NCBI GenBank assembly: GCA_018238155.1
Contig: JABCTZ010000046.1
Span: forward strand, 160,001 to 224,000
Direction: 5' to 3'
Origin: Candidatus Heimdallarchaeota archaeon
Lineage (GTDB): Archaea > Asgardarchaeota > Heimdallarchaeia > JABLTI01
Length of the DNA: 64,000 nt
Part shown: piece by piece, positions 29,949 through 40,201 of the stretch
How positions within the stretch are numbered: position 1 is the first letter of the stretch
Layout: each line of letters opens with the position of its first letter
Notes under the pieces: generated by a model
Told to the model about the DNA's origin: nothing
What the model saw: the letters and a program-made list of their open reading frames with translations, nothing else
Databases searched by the model: none
Made by a program: the position numbers and the translations under genes

Positions 29949-30620
29949 ATGTCAGATAAGAATGAGTATCACTTTATATGGTATGAAGGAAATGATAAAG
30001 AGAATATCTTTGGTATGAAAATTCTCGATATACGATCTTTTACACAAAATATGGTTACAACAACCAAGGACTCTAAAATCGCAGAAAACTTTGCTATCTT
30101 AGCAAAATCTAATGGTGAACAATATAAAGATAAGCTTCCAGAAAATCATACTACTATCAATTGTAATCTAAAATACTCTTGTAGAGGAATTGATACGGGT
30201 TCAATTTTTATTGCACCAGAAATGGAAACCAAATGGCATATATTCTATCATGATGATTTTTTCTTCTTTGTTCGAAGTTGGACTGGAGAGCTTGTTCACA
30301 GAGCTCACATCTCTTTTGAAAGCAATTCATTGATTATCCTGTCGATTGACTCCACTACAAATGAATTGAGATTTACTGACAGCGAACTGATAATTCGTGA
30401 AGTAGATTTCTTACTAAAATCTCATCTTTTTAGAATACTTACTCCTCATCCTGTTTCAAATGAAATGATTAAGGAAGATCCTCTTCGTATCGCAATTTCT
30501 TCTTTTAGTTTGTATGGCAAAAAAGCTTGCTATGCGAGTGCGGAAGATACAACTATTTTTACTTTTAAGAAATATATAGATATTGTACGGAGAACTCAAA
30601 ATAAAAAGGAATTTCAATAA
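29949..30620 (+). CDS. Conserved hypothetical protein (MExKW...RSWTG motif)
   Basis: FIAPEMETKWHIFY..FFFVRSWTG; ATG at 29949 preferred over the overlapping GTG at 29802. Confidence 0.65.
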   Translation: MSDKNEYHFIWYEGNDKENIFGMKILDIRSFTQNMVTTTKDSKIAENFAILAKSNGEQYKDKLPENHTTINCNLKYSCRGIDTGSIFIAPEMETKWHIFYHDDFFFFVRSWTGELVHRAHISFESNSLIILSIDSTTNELRFTDSELIIREVDFLLKSHLFRILTPHPVSNEMIKEDPLRIAISSFSLYGKKACYASAEDTTIFTFKKYIDIVRRTQNKKEFQ

Positions 30621-30764
30621 AGTTTTGAACACCTAACCAAAAGAAACAATTTCTTTAAAAATAAGAGATTCTATTACTAAATAGTATTAAATTCAGCAAT
30701 AAAATTATCAATAAAAGTTAGAAAGTTTATATAATAAACAAAGAAACAGCTTTGAGTGAGGGCT

Positions 30765-33752
30765 ATGAAGAAAAATAAAATCTATTGTTCCATTATTCTA
30801 TTTGTGTTTTTAACAACAGGGATTATTCCATTTATCTCGATAGAAAGTATAAATAAAACGAATGTGCATGATACAATAATATCAAGTAAATTTGTATTAG
30901 ACCAAAATAACGATAAAATCGATGATGAATTATCATCAAAATTAACGAATACTAATTATCAAACGGTAGATTTTGTATTGAAATATTACAAGACTATAAA
31001 TTCCATTGAAAAGCAAAAACTAACTAAAATGGGAGCACAAATTCTTGGTAACTCATGGGATTTGGGTAGAAGAATACATATTTCTGCCAACAGAAAGATA
31101 CTAAACGATTTAGCAAAAAGACCGGAAATATCGATTATTACAACTTCTGAACAAAGATTGATAATGATTGCTATAGATGGAAATGATTTCAGCGATTTAC
31201 ATTATTTGAAAAAATATCCTAATGTAGAAATTTTTTGGAATGTAGGATGCGCACTCATCCCTTACTACTCGGGTGTTGAAAACGATATTGCTAATCTCGG
31301 TTCATTCAATATGATTGTTGATGCAACGGATATTTACCTTCAAACTACTTCTCTACCCGACTCTTCAGATGATTTTTCAATATCTACTTTAACTAATGCA
31401 AATACGATTAATGCCTCAGATCTTTGGTCATTAGGTTATGATGGTTCAGGGATAAAAATTGGCAATATTGATACAGGTATAAATGCTGCCCATGTTGATT
31501 TCACTGGAAGAATTATTGCTGCTCAAAGTTTTATTTTGACGATTTACGGTTATACCGCTAATGATACTACAACAGCTGACCCTGACGGTCATGGTTCCCA
31601 CACTTCTGGAATTATTGCTGGAAATGGAACAGGCAACCCCAGTTATATTGGCATTGCTCCTGATTGTGACATTTACTTTGCTAAGGTTGGTACTTCAGCC
31701 ACTCTTCCTTCTGTAATTGCAGCCTTAGATTGGTTGCTCGAACAAGGAGTTGAGGTAATTAATTTTAGCTATGGAGGAACAGACTCAGCAGGATTAGATA
31801 TTGCTGAGATGGCCTTTAGAAATGCAGTGAGAAACAAAGAGGTTTTATGTTCAATATCAGCAGGCAATAAAGGAAATGACGGTTATTACACTGCTAGCTC
31901 TCCCGGAACAACTGATGATGTAATTACAGTTGGAAATGCAAATGAGGGGATACCTTCCCCAACTATTGTTTCATCTAGTTCAAAAGGACCTACTGCAGAT
32001 AATCATATGAAACCGGATTTAATGGCTCCAGGTAGCAATATCAGATCATGTGCAAGAATTGGCAGTGGATATTTATCAAAAAGTGGAACTTCTATGGCAG
32101 CACCACAAGTAACGGGTTCAATAGCTTTACTAATTGAAGCTTGCAAAGATAATGGTATTGATTATAATCCCGGTTTACTTAAGAGTGCTCTAATGAAAAC
32201 AGCCACTTTTATCACCCCTGTGACAACAAGTACTATTCTCGCTCAAGGCAGAGGAGTAGTTAACGTTGGAGCAGCGTGGAATTATATTCTAAAGTCTGTG
32301 AAAGAAGGTACAACACCAATTGTTGGTGCTTGTAATCCAGTTCAAGAACCGATGTATTACTGGACATCTTTATTACAAGGGCAAATAGCAGAACAATATG
32401 TAACGTGTGTATCTCCTTTTAGCTCAAATTTATCCTTGGAAGTAAGCGGTAGTGTAGCAGCATTTGTTACAATTAATGAAGTTCCACAAGAATTTACTTC
32501 AATAGCAAAAGTAACTTTCAGAATTCCTATAGATACCTCACTGGGATCTTATACCGGTCTTTTTACTTTCAAATATAAAACATACACACTAGATACCGTA
32601 GCTATAGACCTTACAGTAACAGCAAGTAATGGACATCATATGCTGTTAAATTATCAAACAACAGATTACAGCATTGACCACATGTATCGCCAATATAGTG
32701 AATTTACAAAAGATATTCTAAATAATGAGTACGTTATTAGCGAGCAGAATATTACCTTAGATAATTCAGTACTTGAAGACTATGATGCTGTCTGGTTACC
32801 GGATCCGTTTAACTATAAATATCCTCTAAGTGAATATGATAATTATTCTACTGTAATTACAAATCCCAACTGGGTCTCAGGTGAAATCAATGCATTAACG
32901 GACTTTGTTGCAAATGGAGGGTCAGTTTTCCTTTGCTTTTTAGGTCAATTATGGAATCCAGAAGCAAGTGTGATTAAAAATACAAATATTACAGCCGTAA
33001 ACGAATTTACAGATTTATATGGTATACATGTTCGTAATACAACTTGGACAGGATCATCTACAATTGACGTTAATACTGTTACAGACCACCCACTAACAGT
33101 TGGTGTTGATGCGATAACTCACTTTGGAGGATCCTTAGAACTCTCAGGTGATGCAATTCAATTAACTGAACTCTCTTTTGGGTCTAACTATGCAACTTGT
33201 GCAAGCACACAGACAAGTAGTGGTGGACGAGTAATTGTCTTAACGACTAATTTTGTTCTAGATACAGATGGTTATTTGGATCGTTATTCAAGTAACACTC
33301 AAAACAATCAATTTGGTAAGAATTTAATTCGGTGGGCAACTGCAAAACACCGAATTGAGAAAGTAAGTGCTATTGAAGAAAATGGGGTAATAACCTTAAC
33401 TTACAATTATTTGCATGGTCCTGGTGCAGATTTTGGTGGGTTTGTTGAAACGCCAACGGAAGGACAAGTAGATCTAGAATGGATTGAAATATCTACTGAT
33501 GTTTGGCAAACAAAATATTATTCTTCAGAAATTGGCACTCATTATTTCAATCCAGAATGTGGTGCTTCAGGCATTGATGATTACGATTATATTGAGTTAT
33601 ATGCAACCCAAACAGCGACATCACCAAATCCTACAACAACAATAAGTCCTCCAACAACTGAAGAGATAGGAATAATTACACTATCAATAATAATGGGTGT
33701 TTTTGGACTTGCTTCATTCATTACAATTTTGAGAAAAAGAAAACTTAGTTAA
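30765..33752 (+). CDS. Membrane-anchored S8 subtilase with C-terminal GIFT/DUF4350-like domain
   Basis: Catalytic IDTG, GHGSHTSG, SAGN, SGTSMAAP; DYDAVWLPDP..EINALTDFVANGGSV; Thr-rich linker, TM, RKRK. Confidence 0.92.
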   Translation: MKKNKIYCSIILFVFLTTGIIPFISIESINKTNVHDTIISSKFVLDQNNDKIDDELSSKLTNTNYQTVDFVLKYYKTINSIEKQKLTKMGAQILGNSWDLGRRIHISANRKILNDLAKRPEISIITTSEQRLIMIAIDGNDFSDLHYLKKYPNVEIFWNVGCALIPYYSGVENDIANLGSFNMIVDATDIYLQTTSLPDSSDDFSISTLTNANTINASDLWSLGYDGSGIKIGNIDTGINAAHVDFTGRIIAAQSFILTIYGYTANDTTTADPDGHGSHTSGIIAGNGTGNPSYIGIAPDCDIYFAKVGTSATLPSVIAALDWLLEQGVEVINFSYGGTDSAGLDIAEMAFRNAVRNKEVLCSISAGNKGNDGYYTASSPGTTDDVITVGNANEGIPSPTIVSSSSKGPTADNHMKPDLMAPGSNIRSCARIGSGYLSKSGTSMAAPQVTGSIALLIEACKDNGIDYNPGLLKSALMKTATFITPVTTSTILAQGRGVVNVGAAWNYILKSVKEGTTPIVGACNPVQEPMYYWTSLLQGQIAEQYVTCVSPFSSNLSLEVSGSVAAFVTINEVPQEFTSIAKVTFRIPIDTSLGSYTGLFTFKYKTYTLDTVAIDLTVTASNGHHMLLNYQTTDYSIDHMYRQYSEFTKDILNNEYVISEQNITLDNSVLEDYDAVWLPDPFNYKYPLSEYDNYSTVITNPNWVSGEINALTDFVANGGSVFLCFLGQLWNPEASVIKNTNITAVNEFTDLYGIHVRNTTWTGSSTIDVNTVTDHPLTVGVDAITHFGGSLELSGDAIQLTELSFGSNYATCASTQTSSGGRVIVLTTNFVLDTDGYLDRYSSNTQNNQFGKNLIRWATAKHRIEKVSAIEENGVITLTYNYLHGPGADFGGFVETPTEGQVDLEWIEISTDVWQTKYYSSEIGTHYFNPECGASGIDDYDYIELYATQTATSPNPTTTISPPTTEEIGIITLSIIMGVFGLASFITILRKRKLS

Positions 33753-33755
33753 TAT

Positions 33756-33790
33756 TTCTGAGAAATAACTTTCTCAGAATTTCTTTCAAC
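33756..33790 (+). terminator. Hairpin + T-tract terminator
   Basis: TTCTGAGAAA-TAAC-TTTCTCAGAA then TTTCTTTC. Confidence 0.5.
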
Positions 33791-33881
33791 GATTACTAAT
33801 ATGATTCTTTCTTTCTGTTACGACAGTAAAAAAGAATAATTATTCCATGATAAAATTGGATTATGAATTAACTATATTTAG

Positions 33882-34235
33882 ATGCATCAAGGTACTTGTG
33901 ATATATAGAAATGGCATGGAGAGAAAACAATATTGGAAATCGGTTGCATAGATATTGTGGGTGAGAAGAATAAAGAATATTACCAGGGTACTATCCAATT
34001 TATTATTGCTAAATTACTCTTTCATACAAAGAAATTATTAGATATCGATCCAAAATTAACTAACTCTCTCTTAATAGTTGACAAACTTAAAAAACAAACT
34101 GTCGATAAAGAAACTATCAATTTCCTGAAAGATAATTTAAGGAACGAGATGGACAAACTTCTTGACCATGCGAGGATTAGACAAGCAAGCGCAACGGGTC
34201 GGTATGTATTAGCTCTTCTATACTATTCAGAATGA
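33882..34235 (+). pseudogene. Probable gene remnant (helical protein C-terminus)
   Basis: ORF 33933-34235 lacks a convincing start; an in-frame ATG at 33882 is cut off by TAG at 33906, with further in-frame stops upstream. Confidence 0.4.
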
Positions 34236-34484
34236 ATATTCAAGCAAATATCTAAAATTTGAAATATTATAATTGAAAATTATCTCTTGAACCGGTCTCA
34301 AGAGATATTTTAATTGAGATAGATTTTCTATTTCTCGACCTTCTATTCATTAATCTATTCTCAAAATTATTTTAGTAAGAATTAAACCAGACGAGAACCA
34401 GTTTACTCAAAAGTATAAAAACATAGAAGAGATTTAGAAGAGCATTTAAAATACAAGAATGCAATAATATAGTGAGGAAAAAGA

Positions 34485-34757
34485 ATGGTTATACATATAA
34501 CTAAAGAAGAAGTAAAAGAATATGAAAAACTAAAAATAATTTCAAAATTATCACTTGTAAATGAAAAATTAGGGGTGTTTGAAGGGAAATACAAATGTTC
34601 GTTTGAAGAATTTGAAAAGAAAATAAACACACAAAGAGAAGAGGATTTTGAAATGTGGGATGATTACATAGAATGGACAGCTTACGTTGAAACAAAGAAA
34701 ACACTTACAAAGAAAATGGCTGAAATAGACAATGTACAAGATATTAGAATTTCTTAA
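34485..34757 (+). CDS. Putative antitoxin (partner of DUF6516 protein)
   Basis: FEGKY..SFEEFE...EDFEMWDDYIEW pattern; overlaps the downstream gene. Confidence 0.75.
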   Translation: MVIHITKEEVKEYEKLKIISKLSLVNEKLGVFEGKYKCSFEEFEKKINTQREEDFEMWDDYIEWTAYVETKKTLTKKMAEIDNVQDIRIS

Positions 34758-35070
34758 AACTTCACCAATTATTCAAGATTATGAAATATTGGATTTTGAA
34801 AGCGGAGAAAATTACTATTACATAAAAGGAAAAATCAACATCAAAAACAAAAGTACTCTTTTCTTCAGTCAACTTAGATCAGAAAATAAACACAGATATT
34901 CTTATCATTGGCAAACAAATGATGGAAAGCTAATAATAAGATGGGATAATGCACCACACCATAAACAACTGAAGACTTTTCCACATCACAAACACACACC
35001 AAAAATAGAAGAATCAGAAGAAATAACACTAGAAAAAATTCTAGAATATATTAAGAAAGAAATTGATTAA
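34732..35070 (+). CDS. DUF6516 (TumE-like) putative toxin
   Basis: RYSYHWQ..GKLIIRWDNAPHHK.LKTFPHHKH. Confidence 0.82.
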   Translation: MYKILEFLKTSPIIQDYEILDFESGENYYYIKGKINIKNKSTLFFSQLRSENKHRYSYHWQTNDGKLIIRWDNAPHHKQLKTFPHHKHTPKIEESEEITLEKILEYIKKEID

Positions 35071-35866
35071 GAATAGACATTTTCTTAGTAACTAGATTTC
35101 TTCTTCTAATTGATAACCTTTGAAGTAAAACAAGATTTCCTTTATTGTTTCAGCTTTAGTACCAAAAATATAGATATCTATAACAATTAAACCTCAGTCT
35201 GTCAAAAATTCAATTATTAGAGAGATTTTGGTTCTTGTTGTTGTTCTTCTTGGAATAACACCTCCACTTGAAACAGATATAATTTCTACAGGAGAGGTTT
35301 ATAATATTGTAAATCAACCCAATAAATCTCAGTTGTATCATAAATGCTTTCCAAAATAAACTTCTCTTTGTAGAAAGTAATTTTCGTTTTCAAGGCGATT
35401 TTCAGACTCAAATAAAAAGAACATATAACAATTAATCCAACAAGACCAGATTTAACGGTTATTGGTGTGCGTATTGTTTCACAATATGACTCTTCTCTTG
35501 ATTGCTGTTTTTTAAAAGATGAACTTTTAATCTAAGATGGTTCATGAAATGATCTATATCCTTGGACTAGGCATTTTAATGCGTTTTTCTGTCAAGAAAT
35601 CATCATCCTCACTTACTTGATATATGGTTGCAACCTAAATTATTTTTGCTTTTTTTTGTTGCCTAATAAGTGAAATGATCATCTCAATCTTTTCAGCTGG
35701 AAAATCACTCAATTATTACTCTCCCTAGATGGGATTTAAACATCAACCCAATAGCAACATTATCACTCTGAAATTAAAAACCCTTTTGATTCAAAGGAAA
35801 AAAAGAAGGAATCATCGTAGTATCCCATCTGACAACACTCAAAAGCAATATTACGAAATTAATCCG

Positions 35867-35970
35867 GACGAGGGCGAACTGCCCCCGTCGCGGGAAAAGG
35901 GAGTTTAAATAGGGGAGAGAGGTTTTTATGGGGAGAGTTCAAGATATAATAGAATTAGTTCTTGAACTCT
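35867..35970. repeat. GC-rich REP-like hairpin, G-rich tract and 11-bp inverted repeat
   Basis: GACGAGGGC-GAACT-GCCCCCGTC (same GGACGAGG start as 2905); AGAGTTCAAGA-N15-TCTTGAACTCT at 35934-35970. Confidence 0.5.
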
Positions 35971-36109
35971 TGATTTGATTTTAGTTCGTCATCCTTAAAA
36001 AACTTTTTGAAATGAAGTTGGTTGCGGTTATTTTTCCGCGTAAAACCGGAATAATTAAGTCGTTAACTTTAACAGTTTTTTTCCCTTTTTTGTTTTTGAC
36101 TGTTTTTTC

Positions 36110-36478
36110 TTACTCTAACATCACTTCTTTTTTGGAGTCATATGGCGGATTTACAATCATTAAAAACTTTAATTTTCTTCTTCCTGTATTGGTTATTTTT
36201 TGCACCGCATTTTCTGGAATGACTATTACATCTCCTTTTGCTATTTCATGTTCAAAACTATTGACTGTTATGATTCCCTTTCCTTCTATGATATAGTACA
36301 ATTCTTTCATTATCATTGTATGCTGTTTGTTACTTTCTTTTCCTTTTATTTCACCATATGCTAAACTATAATCCTTATTTATTTCTATTTCAGCGATCAG
36401 TGTTCCATCTGGACTTTTATAGCTATTCTGTTCATCCAAATCCTCAGGTAGTTTCATTATTTTCATTTTCTTATCCAC
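36110..36478 (-). CDS. Cupin domain protein
   Basis: H....ELYYIIEGKG, GDVIVIP....I.NTG...LKFL...PP. Confidence 0.85.
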   Translation of the reverse strand: MDKKMKIMKLPEDLDEQNSYKSPDGTLIAEIEINKDYSLAYGEIKGKESNKQHTMIMKELYYIIEGKGIITVNSFEHEIAKGDVIVIPENAVQKITNTGRRKLKFLMIVNPPYDSKKEVMLE

Positions 36479-36493
36479 AGATTTGTATATTTC

Positions 36494-36580
36494 TCAAGAA
36501 TTATTTTTGCTTCCAGTTTTATTGCTTAGTGGTTTCTTCTTTTCTTTGTTTGCATTTTTTCTCTTGGCAATTGTTATCAT
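36494..36580 (-). CDS. Possible 28-aa basic peptide
   Basis: ATG immediately after the NTPase stop: MITIAKRKNANKEKKKPLSNKTGSKNNS*. Confidence 0.3.
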   Translation of the reverse strand: MITIAKRKNANKEKKKPLSNKTGSKNNS

Positions 36581-37096
36581 TTATTCACAGAGTTTTGCTT
36601 GAATTATCTTACTTATTTTATTACGATTTTTTTCTGTGATATAATATAGCTCTGAGTCTTCTCTATTTTTCACTTCTTTAACGAAAGCTCCTCCTCCTTT
36701 CATTGTAATTGTTGCTACTACATTTCCTTTATCTAAACATTCTATTAATTTTTCTTTGAAGTTTTCTGAGAAAAGCTCCATCTTTCCGATTTCATCTATG
36801 ATAATTATATCTGCTTCTAAATTTAGCTCTGGCAGAATAATTCGTTCAAATTCATTTATATCAACAAAATATTTTCCTACTTTCCAACCCGTTTTAATAT
36901 TTGTATGAGCTAACACTCCTGGTTCCTCTGATTTTAAAGTCATTACTCTGAAACCAACTCGTATTCCGTTAGTATTCATAATTTCTTCTGTATAGAATCC
37001 TGCGAATGTCTTATTAGAGCAATGTGATATTAGTGCCTTGATTAGAGTTGTTTTTCCGGTTTTTGGATGCCCAGTTATTACAATGTTTTTTTTCAA
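36581..37096 (-). CDS. THEP1/NTPase_1-family nucleoside triphosphatase
   Basis: ITGHPKTGKTT, GFYTEE...RVGF, VGKYFVD, IIIDEIGKMEL. Confidence 0.92.
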   Translation of the reverse strand: MKKNIVITGHPKTGKTTLIKALISHCSNKTFAGFYTEEIMNTNGIRVGFRVMTLKSEEPGVLAHTNIKTGWKVGKYFVDINEFERIILPELNLEADIIIIDEIGKMELFSENFKEKLIECLDKGNVVATITMKGGGAFVKEVKNREDSELYYITEKNRNKISKIIQAKLCE

Positions 37097-37315
37097 TGAA
37101 TTACTTCCTTGTATTTAATCGCAATATATTATATACTTTTTTTGTTTATAATTATCCTTTTAACATGTACTTTAAAGACTTAAGCTTCAAAATGTTTTTC
37201 TATTTAATCATTGGAGCGTTTTTTTGCTTCGGTTGTTTCCAATCTTTTTAATAGAAGTAACTTCAAGTATTCTACTGTTTGTAAATCAATTTATGAGGAG
37301 CTTGTTGTTTAGACA

Positions 37316-37786
37316 ATGACAAAAACGTGCGTTAACTGTGGTGAAATAGTTAAAAAGACAGACATTTTCTGTCCTTTCTGCGGAGCAAATTCAGATAAAG
37401 CTCAACCTTCGATACAAGATACCAAAATGGGTGATAATTTTTGTTCTACTTGTGGTGTAGCCAATAAATCAAGTGCACAATTCTGTGCTGGTTGTGGGAA
37501 TACAATTGATAGTAGCTCTTCTTCTGCTTCTAGTTATGGCACACCAGCTAGTGCTGCAACAGATTCATCGGATCAAACAACGCACACACATGGAAGCTAT
37601 AGTACTGAACCATCAGATTCTACTCATAAATGGTATAAACCACCTAAACGAAAACGATCAGCAAAACATCCTGCTGAATGGTTTTTCTGGACAGGTTGGG
37701 GTCTTTATTTTCTAATTAGAGCTATTTTTTGGGTCCTCTGGTTTGTTATCAGAATATTTCTACAAGCAAAAGGTAGAAGATTATAA
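37316..37786 (+). CDS. Double zinc-ribbon protein with C-terminal TM segment
   Basis: Four CxxCG knuckles, Ser-rich linker, Trp-rich hydrophobic C-terminus. Confidence 0.8.
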   Translation: MTKTCVNCGEIVKKTDIFCPFCGANSDKAQPSIQDTKMGDNFCSTCGVANKSSAQFCAGCGNTIDSSSSSASSYGTPASAATDSSDQTTHTHGSYSTEPSDSTHKWYKPPKRKRSAKHPAEWFFWTGWGLYFLIRAIFWVLWFVIRIFLQAKGRRL

Positions 37787-37826
37787 GTGAATCTTTTTTT
37801 TATCATTTCATTATTCACTTACATGC

Positions 37827-38642
37827 TTACTCTAGTTTTGATGGTCTAGTCATTCGAAGTAATTCATAATTGAGCGGTATTTTTTCCTCATTTAATTTTT
37901 GAACGAGGTTTTCTTGTCCATCAAAAGTAATCTTAATATCACCTAGTTTTTTATCAGTAATGAACCCATTCAAAATTGATACAAAGTCAATAGCATATGA
38001 CGGATCCTTCAAAATAAATGGCATTGCACCTGGAAAACCGGGACTGAATCTGCAAAATCCTTTTTGTTGACCCATCACTTCATAGATTAATACATGCTGA
38101 TTCTCTCGAGTGAAATATTGTTGAATTTGAAATGGATTTAAACTAAATCTCAAAGAAATCATCTGAATTTCACCCCATTCAACGTGTCTACATCGTCCTC
38201 TAACTTTTTCTAACAAATGTTTCTTCGGAACGAGATATTGATAACTTTTGGTTTCAGTTGTGAAACCATATTTCTTATACAAATCTATTGCAGGAGTATT
38301 ATTCTCCAAAACATACAAGTAATATTTTTGACAAGCTTTCTTCTCTAAATAATAGATGCTTTTTTCAAAAAGTATAGAGCCATATCCTCTTCTTCTAAAA
38401 TCTGGATGGACACCTATTCGTGTTATATGACCTAAATTCCCATAAATACCAATTCTATAATATCCAATAAAATCTTTTGTTTCTTTGTGAATCATTACAA
38501 CAAAGAGAGAGTTTAACCCAGGCAAGCTACTGGAAAAAGATTCCTTTGTATAATGGTCATCTGGAAAAATCAGCTTGTCCATTGTATGGAATTTTTCCCA
38601 ATCTGTTTGAGTGAGGTCTCTCAGATAATAGTCTTCTTCCAA
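37827..38642 (-). CDS. GNAT-family N-acetyltransferase
   Basis: IGVHPDFRRRGYG, V...NTPAIDLYKKYGF. Confidence 0.88.
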   Translation of the reverse strand: MEEDYYLRDLTQTDWEKFHTMDKLIFPDDHYTKESFSSSLPGLNSLFVVMIHKETKDFIGYYRIGIYGNLGHITRIGVHPDFRRRGYGSILFEKSIYYLEKKACQKYYLYVLENNTPAIDLYKKYGFTTETKSYQYLVPKKHLLEKVRGRCRHVEWGEIQMISLRFSLNPFQIQQYFTRENQHVLIYEVMGQQKGFCRFSPGFPGAMPFILKDPSYAIDFVSILNGFITDKKLGDIKITFDGQENLVQKLNEEKIPLNYELLRMTRPSKLE

Positions 38643-38750
38643 ATTACTTCCTCGTACAAACGTTTACGTAATCCTCATTGGTTCCTTCTACCTTTAACTT
38701 TTTTCCTCTCAAAAAAAAACTTAAATCGGTAGATAAGAAGCAAAAATTAA

Positions 38751-39791
38751 TTATTCTTCAGTTAAACCAGGGAAATAATATTTCATACCACTTGAGTAAC
38801 TAGCGTCTTTTATTGCTAAGCCAGATTTTACGAATTTTTCCATTTCTTCTGAGGCTTTTTCTATAGACCAATTTGTAATCATAATGAGTTCTTCAAGAGT
38901 TATATAACCCTTCTTTTTTGCAAACCCAAGAATAATATTTGTTTCAGTTTCTGATGGATGCAGTTGAATCCAGAATTGTCCTTCTCTATCTTGCTTTAGT
39001 ATTAGCAAGCCTGTTTCATCCAAGGTAATCAAAACTTTTTGTATATCTTTAATTTCAGCTCTCACTCTTGGAAATTCTTCTTTTAAGCGTGAAAAAATTG
39101 CTCTCATAGCAATTGGTTCTGTTGAAGAACCGATGTCAAAAGTCATAATTATTTTCAAAAGAATATTGCCCAATTGGTCATAATATTTTCCTTTACCAAT
39201 CAAACGAGGTTTATCTAATTTTATGATTCCTTTTAATGCCCCTGCTCCTTCTGCAAATTCAAGTTCTTTGTTAAAAGAAAGCATTAATGATTCAGCAACT
39301 TCCTCTGAAGATTGAATGTTTACAGTAATTTTTTCTTTGTTTGAAAATAATTCAGACATTAATTGAATATCATTTAGAATCTGTTTTGCTAATGATTTTA
39401 TTTCATCTTTATCTTCAAAAATAATCAATGAATCAATACTTCCAAAGATTATTTTAAGATCCCAACACTTGCTAAAAATGATTAAATCAAATAATATAGC
39501 ATTGTTAAAGATATTTTTTCTATTTTTATCAGATGTACCAGGTCGAATTCGCACTTCCATTCGCCTTGATTGATCAATTAAAGTATCAATTCTCAATCGT
39601 AATTGGTTCATCAATCTTGCAATATCATTTAGGTGTTTGCTTGAGGTTAGAGAGTTTATTACTAAAGCTCGAATGTCAAATAATAACGTAGTTGAAACTG
39701 AATGTAATTTCTGTTCGTACACCTTTAATTTATAGAGACCTTTTGGTGTATCTACTAGATCTTGCAAAGCAGTAATTTTAGCATTGTCCAT
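38751..39791 (-). CDS. ESCRT-II Vps22/Vps36 (EAP30)-like tandem winged-helix protein with extra N-terminal helical domain
   Basis: YYDQLG..L, DIQKVL..L...GL, IL..AKKKGYIT...L...NWS.EKA...E..VKSGLA.KD......YYFPGL. Confidence 0.75.
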   Translation of the reverse strand: MDNAKITALQDLVDTPKGLYKLKVYEQKLHSVSTTLLFDIRALVINSLTSSKHLNDIARLMNQLRLRIDTLIDQSRRMEVRIRPGTSDKNRKNIFNNAILFDLIIFSKCWDLKIIFGSIDSLIIFEDKDEIKSLAKQILNDIQLMSELFSNKEKITVNIQSSEEVAESLMLSFNKELEFAEGAGALKGIIKLDKPRLIGKGKYYDQLGNILLKIIMTFDIGSSTEPIAMRAIFSRLKEEFPRVRAEIKDIQKVLITLDETGLLILKQDREGQFWIQLHPSETETNIILGFAKKKGYITLEELIMITNWSIEKASEEMEKFVKSGLAIKDASYSSGMKYYFPGLTEE

Positions 39792-39979
39792 TTCTACTAC
39801 CTATTTTTCTTATGTTGATATTAGTTGTGTGAATCTTTTGAATTCAATATTAAAAATATATTGAATTGTAAGTATTGGAACTACCATTCCTTTTTTCCCA
39901 TATTGGCTTTTCTAATGTTTTTTCTGAGTAAAAAAACTTTTTAATTTATAAATTAAATAATTGACATGTGGAGCTTACT

Positions 39980-40201
39980 ATGAGAAATTTAAACGATATC
40001 ATTAAATGTAAAGAAGCAAAAACAAAGAAATCCATTGGCGGTATTTTTGCAGCAATTGTTGTAATTGTTGTAGCAGTATCAATCTTTTCTGAAGGAGGAG
40101 CATTTATTGGAATATTATTTGGAGTAGGAATTTTAGCAGCAGTTTCAACTGGCGTTTATTTCTGGTTGAATGCCATAGATGAGCTTCCAGACAGCTTCTA
40201 A
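39980..40201 (+). CDS. Small 2-TM membrane protein
   Basis: ATG after GGAG; two Gly/Ala-rich hydrophobic helices. Confidence 0.65.
   Translation: MRNLNDIIKCKEAKTKKSIGGIFAAIVVIVVAVSIFSEGGAFIGILFGVGILAAVSTGVYFWLNAIDELPDSF

Noticed and set aside
33882-33935. Pyrrolysine or selenocysteine readthrough of in-frame stops
   Set aside because: Several different stop codons occur in the frame, there is no redox or methyltransferase context and no SECIS-like element; decay is the simpler explanation.
36012-36639. Plus-strand ORFs 36012-36296 and 36316-36639
   Set aside because: Antisense shadows of the cupin and NTPase genes with Phe/Leu-biased composition.
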